Assembly (NCBI RefSeq): GCF_036588685.1
Contig: NC_086383.1
Location: forward strand, 42,036,001-42,100,000
DNA length: 64,000 nt
Source of the DNA: Mytilus trossulus
Lineage: Eukaryota
Direction: 5' to 3'
Within the stretch, counting starts at the first letter, position 1. Every line of letters starts with the position of its first letter. Below, piece by piece: positions 49,502 through 62,125 of the stretch. The notes under the pieces were generated by a model that was given only the letters and a program-made list of their open reading frames with translations, ran no database searches and was not told the DNA's origin. Made by a program: the position numbers and the translations under genes.

Positions 49502-51779
49502 TAAATAAATTTCTATCAAAAATAAGGTTCAAAGATATATATTAATACGAATAACAACGTACACAGGTGTTTGCGTATGAATACACAACGTTAGAGTGGG
49601 CGTGTCTCCATAAAAATTGATAACATTGAAAATAAAGCTAATTCTTTTAACCAATCAGAAGACGGTAAATATACAAAATTTATTTATTTCAAGGAAGGGC
49701 CTAATCGTACCTACAATTTTTATAAGGATTTTCGCTCCTCTTGTTTTTGATTCTTTGTCAGATATTTGGAATTCTCTGGTTTTAAAAACGGTACATACAA
49801 ATGTCAGCCATTATATTGATTACGATTATACATATCGACCTTTATTAATCACCCAAATGATATTTTAGCTTAAAAAATTGCTTCTAACGGTTTAACAAAA
49901 AAAAAAGCCTGTAATCTAGAGCAAAACCTTTATCTGATTTCCATATATGGATTATACTTTTTGGTTTCAATAGGGTTTCGTAATCTTGTACTTTATAAAA
50001 CAGCATATAGTTTCTAATCCCGAACGTCATGAAACAGGTAAACTATATAGTTTCTAAACCCAATCGTGATATAAATTACCTTGTAATCTTTCGAAAAGAA
50101 AAAAAACATGTAATTTTATAAGCAGTAATTATCTACAAATATGAGAAAGTGTGAAACGAGAGAGTTTGATAATGTATAAAACACAGTTACAGAAACAGTA
50201 TTTCTAAACTGTGTGTCATTTATCAGGTGAGTGATAATATCTTAATGTTTGATTTGATATCAGAGGGTTTTGACGGAGTTTAGGGAATAAAGAATAGAGG
50301 GAAAAAATATAAAAAAATCCATAAAAATCGAGAAAACAGACCAAAAAAAAAATTAAGAATAGAGAATACAAGTGCTAAAATATAAAGAATAGAGAATAAT
50401 GATCAAAATTTATAAAAAATAGAAAAAATGGCTTAAAAATTGTATTATCATACAGATAACACAGAAAAAAAAGAAAAAGAAAAGTAAAATAATTTCATGG
50501 TGGAGGTGGTATGTTTTTTTCTTCTTGATACAAACATGCTTTTAAACTTTAACAATACAAGATTCAGATTCCGAATATCTGGCAAAATTTCAAAAACAAG
50601 AGAAGCGAACATCCTTAATTGAGAAACCAATGCATATACAAACGATTCAAAAGAAAAATTATAGCACGAATTCCATGCGTGTAAAAATATAGAACACTTT
50701 TCGGAATACACCTCAGTAGGATTGTATGCAAAAGGACAGACTGTAATTAGACATCAACCCCCTGTTATCTATATTTTTGTTGATCATGCGTGAAATATTT
50801 GAGAAAAATCTTGAACTCTTAACGAGACTTAATGTTTTTAGGTTTAGACTTTTCTGATGATGTTAAAATAATATTAAACAGTATTTATTCGTATGTTACC
50901 CGAATAATCAAGTCGTTATATTCCGCGCTCTACGAGCACTCAATTAACCCTGGACGTAAGAGGGCGCCGCTGAGCGGCAGTATTATCAGGTGTCATCCCG
51001 AATTTCCTAAATAATAAACACATCAAGAAAAAATAATCATTATTTCCCGAGTCCCGATGAGGGTAAATCCCAAATGCCCGCGAAAATTTAGGGGGACCCT
51101 GAATTTTGGCAAAAATATAGGCCTAGTCCCGACGTCCCTAAAAGGTCCCTAAAAGGTCGTTCAGCCCTCCACAAGTAATATGGAGTGACCCTTAAGATTC
51201 TGTTAAAAGAAAACAGTGTTTTAAAAAGTTAATACCAATTTCTACTCGTGTGTTTGATTTTAAATATGTTATTTTGATAAATTCTGATAACCATTATCTT
51301 TAAAAAGAACAGTCAAATGTGACGTTGCAAATAAGCCAGGCCAAGTGTAAATTTTTGCAGCTAGGAAAAAGCAATATTTATATCAAGTGAGTAAAATATT
51401 AATGACCGACATTTTCATCAGTTCTCTGAAACAATACCTGACATAGCTTAGGGTACGGATGGGGAGTACATCTTTTCTGCATTCTTTAATTTTTTTATAT
51501 AATTTTTCATTTCTTTTCTTTTTTTCTCCCATTTTTGTCTATTCATTATATTTTAGGACCCAATTATTCTCTATTCTTTATATTTTAGGACCCAATTATT
51601 CTCTATTCTTTGTTTTTTTGTCAATTTTTCTCTATTCTTTATTCATTTTGTCAATTATTCTCTACAGTTTGCCAATTATTATCTATCCTGTAATCCCATT
51701 CCAGACCCTCATATTGACAAATGAATTTATTATAATCTAGCTATCTGAAATTATTTGGCAAAAAAACAACCAACAACCG

Positions 51780-54197
51780 GTCATTAATTGATAGGATTCT
51801 TCTGTATGACGGTTTAATGTCATTAATAGGTATCATTATTCTGTTTGATGGTTTAATGTCATTAATTGGTAGCATTATTCTGTATGACAGTTTAATGTCA
51901 TTAATTGGTAGCATTATTCTATATGACGATTTAATGTCATTAATTGATAGGATTATTCTGTATGACGGTTTTATGTCATTAATTGATAGGATTCTTCTGT
52001 ATGATGGTTTAATGTCATTAATTGGTAGCATTATTCTGTATGACGGTTTAATGTCTTTAATTGGTAGGATTATTCTGCATGACGGTTTAATGTCATTAAT
52101 TGATAGGATTATTCTGTATGACGGTTTAATGTCATTAATTGATAGGATTCTTCTGTATGACGGTTTTATGTCATTAATTGATAGGATTCTTCTGTATGAT
52201 GGTTTAATGTCATTAATTGGTAGCATTATTCTGTATGACGGTTTAATGTCTTTAATTGGTAGGATTATTCTGCATGACGGTTTAATGTCATTAATTGGTA
52301 GCATTATTCTGTATGATGGTTTAATGTCATTAATTGATAGGATTCTTCTGTATGACGGTTTAATGTCATTAATTGATAGGATTATTCTGTATGACGGTTT
52401 AATGTCATTAATTGATAGGATTATTCTGTATGACGGTTTTATGTCATTAATTGATAGGATTCTTCTGTATGACGGTTTAATGTCATTAATTGGTAGCATT
52501 ATTCTGTATGACGGTTTAATGTCATTAACTGGTAGGATTATTCTGTATGACGGTTTAATGTCATTAATTGGTAGGATTATTCTGTATGACGGTTTAATGT
52601 CATTAATTGGTAGGATTAATCTGTATGACGGCTTAATGTCATTAATTGGTAAGATTATTCTGTATTACGGTTTAATGTCATTAATTGATAGGATTCTTCT
52701 GTATGACGGTTTAATGTCATTAATTGGTAGCATTATTCTGTATGACGGTTTAATGTCATTAATTGATAGGATTATTCTGTATGACGGTTTCATGTCATTA
52801 ATTGGTATCATTATTCTGTATGACGGTTTATTTTCATTAATTGGTAGGACTATTCTGTATGACAGCTTAATGTCATTAATTGGTAGCATTATTCTGTATG
52901 ACGGTTTAATGTCATTAATTGGTAAGATTATTCTGTACGACGGTTTCATTGTCATTAATTGGTAGGATTATTCTGTATGATGGTTTAATTTCATTAATTG
53001 GTATGATTCTCCTGTATGACGCGGTTTAATGTCATTAATTGGTAGGATAATTCTGTATGACGGTTTAATTGAATTAATTTGTAGCATTACTCTGGATGAT
53101 GGTTTAATGCCATTAATTGGTAGGATTTTCTGTATGACGGTTTAATGTCATTAATTGGAAGGATTATTCTGTATGATGGTTTATTGTCATTAATTTGTAA
53201 GATTATTCTGTATGACGGTTTAATGTCATTAATTTGTAGGATTATTCTGTATGACGGTTTAATGTCATTAGCTGGTAGGATTATTCTGTATGACGGTTTC
53301 ATGTCATTTATTGGTAAGATTAATCTGTTTGATGGTTTAATGTCATTAGTTGGTGAGATTATTCTGTATGACAGTTTGATGTCATTAATTGGTAGGATTA
53401 TTCTGTATGATGGTTTATTGTCATTAATTGGTAAGATTATTCTGTATGACGGTTTAATGTCATTTATTGGTAGGATTATTCTGTATGACGGTTTAATGTC
53501 ATTAATTGGTAGATTCCTTTTCTTGACGGTTTAATGTCATAAATTGGTACAATTATTCTGTATGGCGGTTTAATGTCATAAATTGGTCGGATTATTCTGA
53601 ACGACGGTTTTACGTCATTAATTGGTAGCATTATTCTGTATGATGGTTTAATGTCATTAACTGGTAGGATTATTCTGTATGACGGTTTAATGTCATTAAT
53701 TGGTAGGATTATTCTGTATGACGGTTTAATGTCATTAATTGATAGGATTCTTCTGTATGAGGGTTTAATGTCATTAATTGGTAGGATTATTCTGTATAAC
53801 GGTTTAACGTCATTAATTGGTAAGATTATTCTGTATGACGGTTTAATGTCATTAATTGGTAAGATTATTCTGTATGACGGTTTAATGTCATTAACTGGTA
53901 GGATTATTCTGTATGACGGTTTAATGTCATTAATTGATAGGATTATTCTGTATGACGGTTTAATGTCATTAATTGATAGGATTCTTCTGTATGACGGTTT
54001 TATGTCATTAATTTGTAGGATTCTTCTGTATGACGGTTTAATGTCATAAATTGGTAGGATTCTTCTGCATGACGGTTTAATGTCATTAATAGGTAGGAGT
54101 ATTCTGCATGATGGTTTAATTTCATTAATTGGTAGGAGTATTTTGCTTGACGGTTTAATGTAATTAATTGGTAGGATTATTCTGTATAATGGTTAAA
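51780..54197. repeat. 39-bp satellite array, copy B (uninterrupted, shorter)
   Basis: Same unit; no Naiad and no 1365-bp duplication. Confidence 0.97.
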
Positions 54198-55160
54198 TAT
54201 AAGATGTGTATTGTTGCATGACTGACTTGCTGATATACAGTATGTTTCTATATGATATTTGCTAGCATACGATTCTCCCTTAAACTAACGTAGCATTTTC
54301 ATGATATTCTATTCTATTCGATATTTTCCCTATTTATCAAATTAAGCACTGTAACAAGTCGACATCAAAATTAAAAAAAGTAGCAAGTATGTTTGCATTT
54401 CAATATCAAACTTTTAAAAAATATTTTAAATTTGTTTGAGCGGGCAACTCAACCTAATATTGGACAGTGGTGTAACAGCCAACTTTCAAGGTCAACCATG
54501 CAAAGTGCAGTGCGTTATCCTCACTTTTGTTATTTAAATCAGATTTAATGGGTAATGCTTTTGAAGGAAAGTCATTTTCAAACATCCGTTCGGTCATCAT
54601 TTTTGGATTGATTACTTTACTTTTGTTTTAAAATGGAAGCGTATAGCCAGTAAACATATCACTTAAAACCATTAACATATTCAAATAACCTAACTTCATA
54701 ACGTACCAAAAACTAAAACCAGATTGGTCAAAATTGCATCAACAAATTTCAAAAAGCAAGGCTACATACTGTGTCAAACGCTAGTAATTTCTTTGTTTAC
54801 TCTACTTTACTGGAGACAAATTATATTTTGAAAATAAACAATACTCACTATTCAGTTTACTTGCTCGCGATTTGCAGTCATATTCTATGACTGTTTTTTC
54901 ACCTATAAATTAAAATATAATTGTAAGTGATTTTAGTTTGGTACGAAAATTTTGACCTCAGAAGAAAAATCATATTTGAATAGTAAATATTTATTTGCCC
55001 ATAATTGCAATTAACTTCTATTCTATTACACGCTAAATTGGTCAGTTTTGAAACAAGTCTAGACAATGGTTGTGATTATTGTACCTATCTAACTTGATGT
55101 TGAATATAAAAATATCATATCGGCAAAGAACTGAAGCATTTAATTTTTCTAAGTAATTGG

Positions 55161-56216
55161 GATTTCAGGGAGACAAGGTGAGTCGACAATTAGTTACTAC
55201 GATTTTATTTAGACAAGCGTAGTCGACAAATAGAAACTACTATTTGAGGGAGACAAGGTGAGGCGACAATTAGTTACTACGGTTTGATTCAGACAAGCTC
55301 AGTCGACAAAAAGTAACTACGATTTGAGGGAGACAAGGTGAGTCGACAATTAGTAACTACGATTTTATTTAGACAAGCTAAGTCGACAAGTAGTAACTAC
55401 GATTTGAGGGAGACCAGGTGAGGCGACAATTAGTTACTACGGTTTGATTCAGACAAGCTTAGTCGACAAACAGTAACTACTATTTGAGGGAGACAAGGTG
55501 AGTCGACAATTAGTAACTACGATTTGATTAAGACAAGCTCAGTCGACAAAAAGTAACTACGATTTGAGGGAAACAAGGTGAGTCGACAAATAGTTACTAC
55601 GTTTTGATTTAGACAAGCGTAGTCGACAAATAGTAACTACGATTTGAGGGAGACAAGGTGGGTCGACAATTAGTAACTACGATTTGATGGCGACAAGGTG
55701 AGTCTACAAATAGTAACTACGATTTAAGGGAGACAAAGGGAGTCTACAGAAAGAAACTATTATTTGAATTAGAAAAGATAGGTCTACAAAGGGTAAATAC
55801 GATTTGACTGAGACAAGTGGAGTCGACAGAAAATAACTACAATATGATTAAGACTAGGGAAGTCTATAGAAAGAAACTATTATTTGAATTAGAAAAGATA
55901 GGTCTACAAAGGGTAAATACGATTTGACTGAGACAAGTGGAGTCGACAGAAAATAACTACAATATGATTAAGACAAGGGAAGTCTATAGAAAGAAACTAT
56001 TATTTGAATTAGAAAAGATAGGTCTACAAAGGGTAAATACGATTTGACTGAGACAAGGGTAGTCTACAGAAAATAACTACAATATGATTAAGACAAGGGT
56101 AGTCTACATAAAGTATCTGCGATTTGAGTAAAACAAGGTAAAACGACATGAAAAAGCTAAGATTCAAGTGAGAGAAAAGGGTAGTCGACAAGAAGCATCT
56201 ACGAGTTCAGTTAGAC
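55161..56216. repeat. 40-bp minisatellite, copy B
   Basis: Paralog of 19359-20293 with a different unit count. Confidence 0.9.
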
Positions 56217-56381
56217 ATTTATTTGTATTTAAGATTATGATACGTATTGTTTACAATGTTTATATTAATTATTTCCAAGTTTATCCACATAAGTATTTAT
56301 TTCCTTTGTTCTGATTTTGTTTGTTTTTTCATATTGCTTTCTTTGAACCAATGCACATCTGTTTCAGGTACCCTAGTTGAT

Positions 56382-57503
56382 ATGCCACCCACGAATATAT
56401 CATCTTGGTTAAATGCTTTGTTCAACAGTGTTCCAGATGTAAAGACTGTTCAACTGTTACACGAAATAAGTATTTTCTCACCGAAAAAGCAGTTTTCTGA
56501 AGATATACAATTATATTTTATTTACTGCCAACCTATACTAATCTCACTGATTTTAATTTGGATGGGAGTATCACTGAAAATTGTTTGGACAGATGATTTC
56601 AGGAACAAATATGGATTGATGACAGCTTACACCAGTCTTGAAATAGTCGCATGTATACTGCAAAATATAGCATGCATACTCGTTTTTTCGACAGAAAGCA
56701 ATTATGTTGAATATGAATGGTGTTATGTTTATGAAGCGGCATCAGAATATATTCCAGGATGTTTGCATTTAATTTCGAAGGGTTTAAGAATTGGCCATGC
56801 TTTGTTAATTGTCATCCTACTTTACACACCACTAAAATTCAAAACCATCATCAATATAAAAGCATGTGTTTTGTTTTGCACATTAACTGTTTTTTGTTCA
56901 TGTACTGTTTTTGTTACATATTTTTTGTTATCTGTTCGTTTTGAAAAGACAACAGTGTTTGATCAAACCACGCAGGAAATAAAGGCAGTATGTCGACATA
57001 AAGATGGTTTCGTCAACTCAAATACAATAAACGAAGATACCGAATTTGTTCGACAGATTATCATGGATGTAATGAGTCATATTGCACCTACTATATTGAT
57101 GATATGTCTGTCAATAGCAATTCATTTACTTTTAAAAAAACAGATAAAAACCAGACTGAAACTTCAGAGAGAGTGCACGGAACGGGTGAAATCAGACACC
57201 AGACTTGCAAGAGTAACATTAGTGGCGACATTAATTTCTATCATATTCACCCTACCAGCAATACCTACAACTATTGTACTAAACACGGAGTTGAAATCAT
57301 TGGAAGGTGCAATAAACATTTTAGAGATCATCAACACAGTCGTGAAAGTAACATTCGTATTAAATGTACCTATTAATTTCTTTATTTTCAGCTGGCTCTC
57401 TAAAGACTTCAGAGAAAACATAATGAAAATATTGAAGTCTGTACATCTGACGCAGAAGAAACCAAGGGGACATGTTTCATCGCAGGAAGCAATTATAGAA
57501 TGA
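56382..57503 (+). CDS. Orphan class A GPCR, copy B (373 aa)
   Basis: Intact ORF; 5 aa differences from copy A downstream of the inferred ATG. Confidence 0.88.
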   Translation: MPPTNISSWLNALFNSVPDVKTVQLLHEISIFSPKKQFSEDIQLYFIYCQPILISLILIWMGVSLKIVWTDDFRNKYGLMTAYTSLEIVACILQNIACILVFSTESNYVEYEWCYVYEAASEYIPGCLHLISKGLRIGHALLIVILLYTPLKFKTIINIKACVLFCTLTVFCSCTVFVTYFLLSVRFEKTTVFDQTTQEIKAVCRHKDGFVNSNTINEDTEFVRQIIMDVMSHIAPTILMICLSIAIHLLLKKQIKTRLKLQRECTERVKSDTRLARVTLVATLISIIFTLPAIPTTIVLNTELKSLEGAINILEIINTVVKVTFVLNVPINFFIFSWLSKDFRENIMKILKSVHLTQKKPRGHVSSQEAIIE

Positions 57504-60500
57504 AAAACATATTTATAGATCATCAAAAATTTGGATCCATATTTTAAAACCCATGACAATATTGAAGTTTTTTTTTCTGCTCCTTGATTAGGTTCCTTTT
57601 GCAAGAAAATGATGGGAAAGTTTTGCGATTTATCTTATAATTTAAAAGCTGAAATATAATCCTCTCAAAATTCACATAAATATCTTATCATATCAAATAC
57701 AAAAACGTAGATATATTATGGCGACCAGTTGTTGTTGTTGGAGGAAGCCAGTTAATAAGGAAAAACCACCAATTTGGCAGAAAAACTGGCAATCCTCGTC
57801 AGTTAAGATCGGAGAAGAACGCACCTCCCACTAGCGAGGTTTGAAATCACAATATCAGTGTTGACGGACTACGGAGGTCACCTTTAACTAATCAATGTAT
57901 TATGAAAGAAAAGGATATCATTGGACAATTTATCCCATGATGTCCAGGGGAAAAGGGGGAAAACAAAAAAGAACTGTAATGTTGCTTACAATTCAAGAGT
58001 GTTCAGAGAATAATAGACTCATACTACTGTCAGGTATCATTGAAGTAAAATATTTACATAAAATAATTGTTATTGACACATACCACCTTTATCCTGTTGT
58101 TTATGTATTGTTCATGCATGTTCATAAATACATTGGTTATTGTTGAGTTGTATTTGTCTAACATCCAACGGCAATTACTTCAGAATCGGAACAATTTAAA
58201 ATAATTATAGAAAGGATACAAAAATTGTCAAAAAATCAAATGGCAAATGGGTAGGGAAAGTATGGAAAGACATTTAGCTTTTCAAAATATGATCTAGAAT
58301 AACTTACTTTCATTTAACAGTTGTGTTGCTCTTATTTTTCAACGTTCAAAGAGTGTTCTTTACCCCCAAAATACATGCATTTAGATTCAAATCCTAAGTC
58401 CAAGATTATCTATTGTTTATCAGTAACTGCCAATTCGTGAGTACTCAAATATCTTAATACCCAACAACACCGTCTAACATATACAAAACGGTAATATTTG
58501 AAACAAGAAAAATCCTATTGGAATCGACTTAGTTAGGACAGTGAAATAATTCCACAACCAAACGAGAAGGTATGGCATTGATAAGGCAACTTGTTTGCCC
58601 CCCCTGATTTTGAAAGTTAAAAAGTATTATTGGTTTTCCAAATTAAATCCTTTAGATGTTCATAAGACATAAAATGGTCATTCTTCAGGATTTATTTTTT
58701 GTGTTTCAGCTTTTAGGGCCTTAAACTTTAACATTAAAAGGAAAACTGTAATCGTGAAAAAATTGCATCATTTTGAGATCTTTTTATTAATATCGAAATA
58801 CGAGCCAAGGCTTTACCCATAACGATATTTTACTACCATGACAACCATATCCATTTTAAAAAGACGATAATGTGTTTAAAAATATTTTTTTGCTGAAGGA
58901 ATTCTTTCATATTTAAGTTTACTAAATAAAAAATTGCCATTTGCGGTCCAATATCATGATAGATATAAGAAGATGTGGTATGAGTGCCAATGAGACAACT
59001 CTCCATCCAAGTCACAATGTGTAAAAGTAAACCATTATAGGTCAAAGAACGGTCTTCAACACAGAGCCTTGGCTCACACCGAACAGCAAGCTATAAAGGG
59101 CCCCAAAAATTACTAAGATAAAACCATTCAAACAGGAAAACCAACGGTCTATATAAAAAACGAGAAAAGAGAAACATTATGAACCACATCAACAAACGAC
59201 AGCTACTGTACATCATGTTCCTGACTTAGAACAGGTGCAAACATATGCAGAGGGTTCAAACGGTTAATAGGCGCCAACCCTCTTCCAACCTGACAGATAT
59301 TTTTTTTCAGGGTGTTTTTCTAGAAATTCATGAAGTTGGGTAAAATGGCTTTAAAAACGATATACGGTATGAACAATTGGCTACTATATGATTTTTTTAA
59401 ATTGGTGTTTGAGAAAAATACTCAAACTATGCTTCTCACAAAAATTCACTGGATTAGACGCTTGATATTTTGATTTACAACGTATCTAATATTTTAGAAG
59501 ACATTTTTTTTAAAAAGCAGTCAAATTCTAACTGTGCTCGGATTCGGTCGGCTTGTTTCTTTATTCATACGGGACCTACTTCATACATGAACTTCTAAAG
59601 AGGAAAAACAACGCTGTCTTTGTATTTTCACTTAATGTCCACAATGAACACGACTTCATCTTACTAAATAATTGATAGTTGGTGACTATGTTGAAAGAAT
59701 TTATCCCCACAAACTAAAAATAACACTGATAATTCCCGACTCTTTGCCACGTATTTTCTCTGTTTGTTAAAAACCCATTGTTGGCCTTTGGCTGTTTTCT
59801 GCTCTTTGCTCAGATTTTGTTTCTTTGACACATTCCCCGTTGGTATCGTCTGCCTCTTACATGTCTTAGTTTTTTTTTCTATAAAGATCTTAGTTGGGAA
59901 TTGTCATCGTGTTTTATATAACTTATGTTGTTATAAGATACTTGCATTTTCACCAAAGCAGTATTGTTTCCAAATAGGGTTTTTGGAACAGTGGCAAGGT
60001 CATTCTCTTCAAGTATTCAGAAAAAAAACTGATGTTAAATTTGAGAGTTGTTTTTCTAAAATGTTACTAATGATAATTGACAAAATACAAGTTTAAACTG
60101 TTAATGGGCTCAAAAAGCAAAACTGTGTAATTTTATAACCAAAATATAAATATGAGGGTCATTCCTCATAGTAAGTTTGTTGTGTATACTTTATGTCTGT
60201 ATTGTTCAAATGTTCTTAGATATTTAATGCAATTATGCATAATATACATATACTCTATAACTATGTTATTTGTAGTAAATGAAAAATAAAATTTATTCCA
60301 ATGAATATTCTCGACATTATAAGATAAGATAAGACTAGATAACAGTCTAAAACTATATACCATAATTCATAGCTCATTAAAGAAAACGTACTTATTAAGT
60401 AAACAATAATTCAATCAATAATTGAATAAATACACAATGAATATTAACAAAAGTTAGACCAGCTCAAACAACAGTTATAGTATGTTATTATTGTAAAGAA

Positions 60501-62125
60501 ATCACAGTTACAATGACTAGATGATTAGAATTCACTTGTGTGTTAAATCATTCACTTAAAAAAGTTGATATTGATGTTCCTTTTACTGTCTGAAATACGT
60601 ATGAAGTATTTTCGAATGGATGTTTTCGAAGGTATTTTAAACAACTTAGAAAAATGCAACGTTTTATAAAGTAAGTATATAGGGTTAATCCTTACACAAG
60701 CGAACAAAACGAAGTAAAATACTGATTTTTGGAGATGAATTCTTTATTCTCCGAAGGGCGTTCTAAAGATAATTATTTCTCCAGCAAATTACCCTCTCCG
60801 TTGTCTTGGCCAGTACATATTTTATACATACGTTAATGCATTGGTGTTGTTAGTATATTTTAATGATAATGATTTTCACCTTTGTATTCTTTTCTTATTT
60901 TAATCGAACTCGTTCGGTCGGTCTGATATGCTTCCTTGTTTGTAAGGGTGTGTGTTTGCCCACAATTAAGTCTTTAAGAAAACTCTAGATACTTTGCTCG
61001 AAATTCTCGGACTTTCAATGACGTTCAAACTTTGAGATTGGAATAGTCTTTATAAGTAGATCAATTCTGTAAGTCTAACGAGTCATTCCACATGTTCAGC
61101 AATGTTAGTTTATTGATGACATTGTGTTATGACATGTCGTATTTCATGGCAGAGAATATATAATATGTAACAGTTTTTTTCTACATATAGTAACTACATA
61201 CAGCTCTAAAATTGTCTTAGGGAAGCTTGGAACTTCTATAAGTCCTCTGCCTTTGCAGTCCGTCGGTATAACACACTATTTCACAGCTAAATATTATCTT
61301 ACAATCTTGATTGGCTTTGCAACTCTCCCCAATTAATAATGGTAGTGTTATTTCCTTGCACCAAAGTATTCATGACAAGGTTATACGAGTTTTTTTATAT
61401 TGTGTCTATTATATATACATTTAGAGCACACATTTATTTATCCATTACTTTCTTTGTTCCTTCATTTATTTACTGTCATTGTGATCAATTTAAATGCATG
61501 AAAGATCACAATTTTGAATTGAATTAGAAATAGGTGCAAAATGTCCTTTTTTACGAATGAATAAAATGATTATGTTTTGTCATATTGTATAAGTGTATAG
61601 TGTAGTATCGCTTAACCCATTAAAGCATTTTGTTTTGGTATTTGAAGAATGCGTTACGGATGAAACAAAAAAAGTAATTATCTAAAACAAAATATTTATT
61701 ATTTATGTGGACCATAGAAAAAACCCTTTTATAGCGTTTCTGAAAATTAAAATAGACTCGTATACAGTTTTGGCACTCATTATATATCTAGATTGTTTTA
61801 AAAAAGGTATATTTGAAACTTTTATTGATGTTCCCTTTAGATGTTAGTATTATACTGTACTGAACTTTACTTCATTGTTTAGCTAGAAACTTATTTTGTG
61901 ATAATTTAGGTAGTAGTAAAATTGTATCTATGACTTATTGGAATTTTTGAATTTAATTATACAGATTACGGGTAGTAAGGTCGTCATATCGAGGAGCGTT
62001 TAGTTAAGTGATTTTGTCATAGTTTGGTTTAGTTTGTCATGGATTAGTTAGGTTACTTCCCAGAACGATTGCCTCAAATAAGCAAATAAAAAGCAAACTA
62101 CATGTTTGAATCTATATTGTAAGTC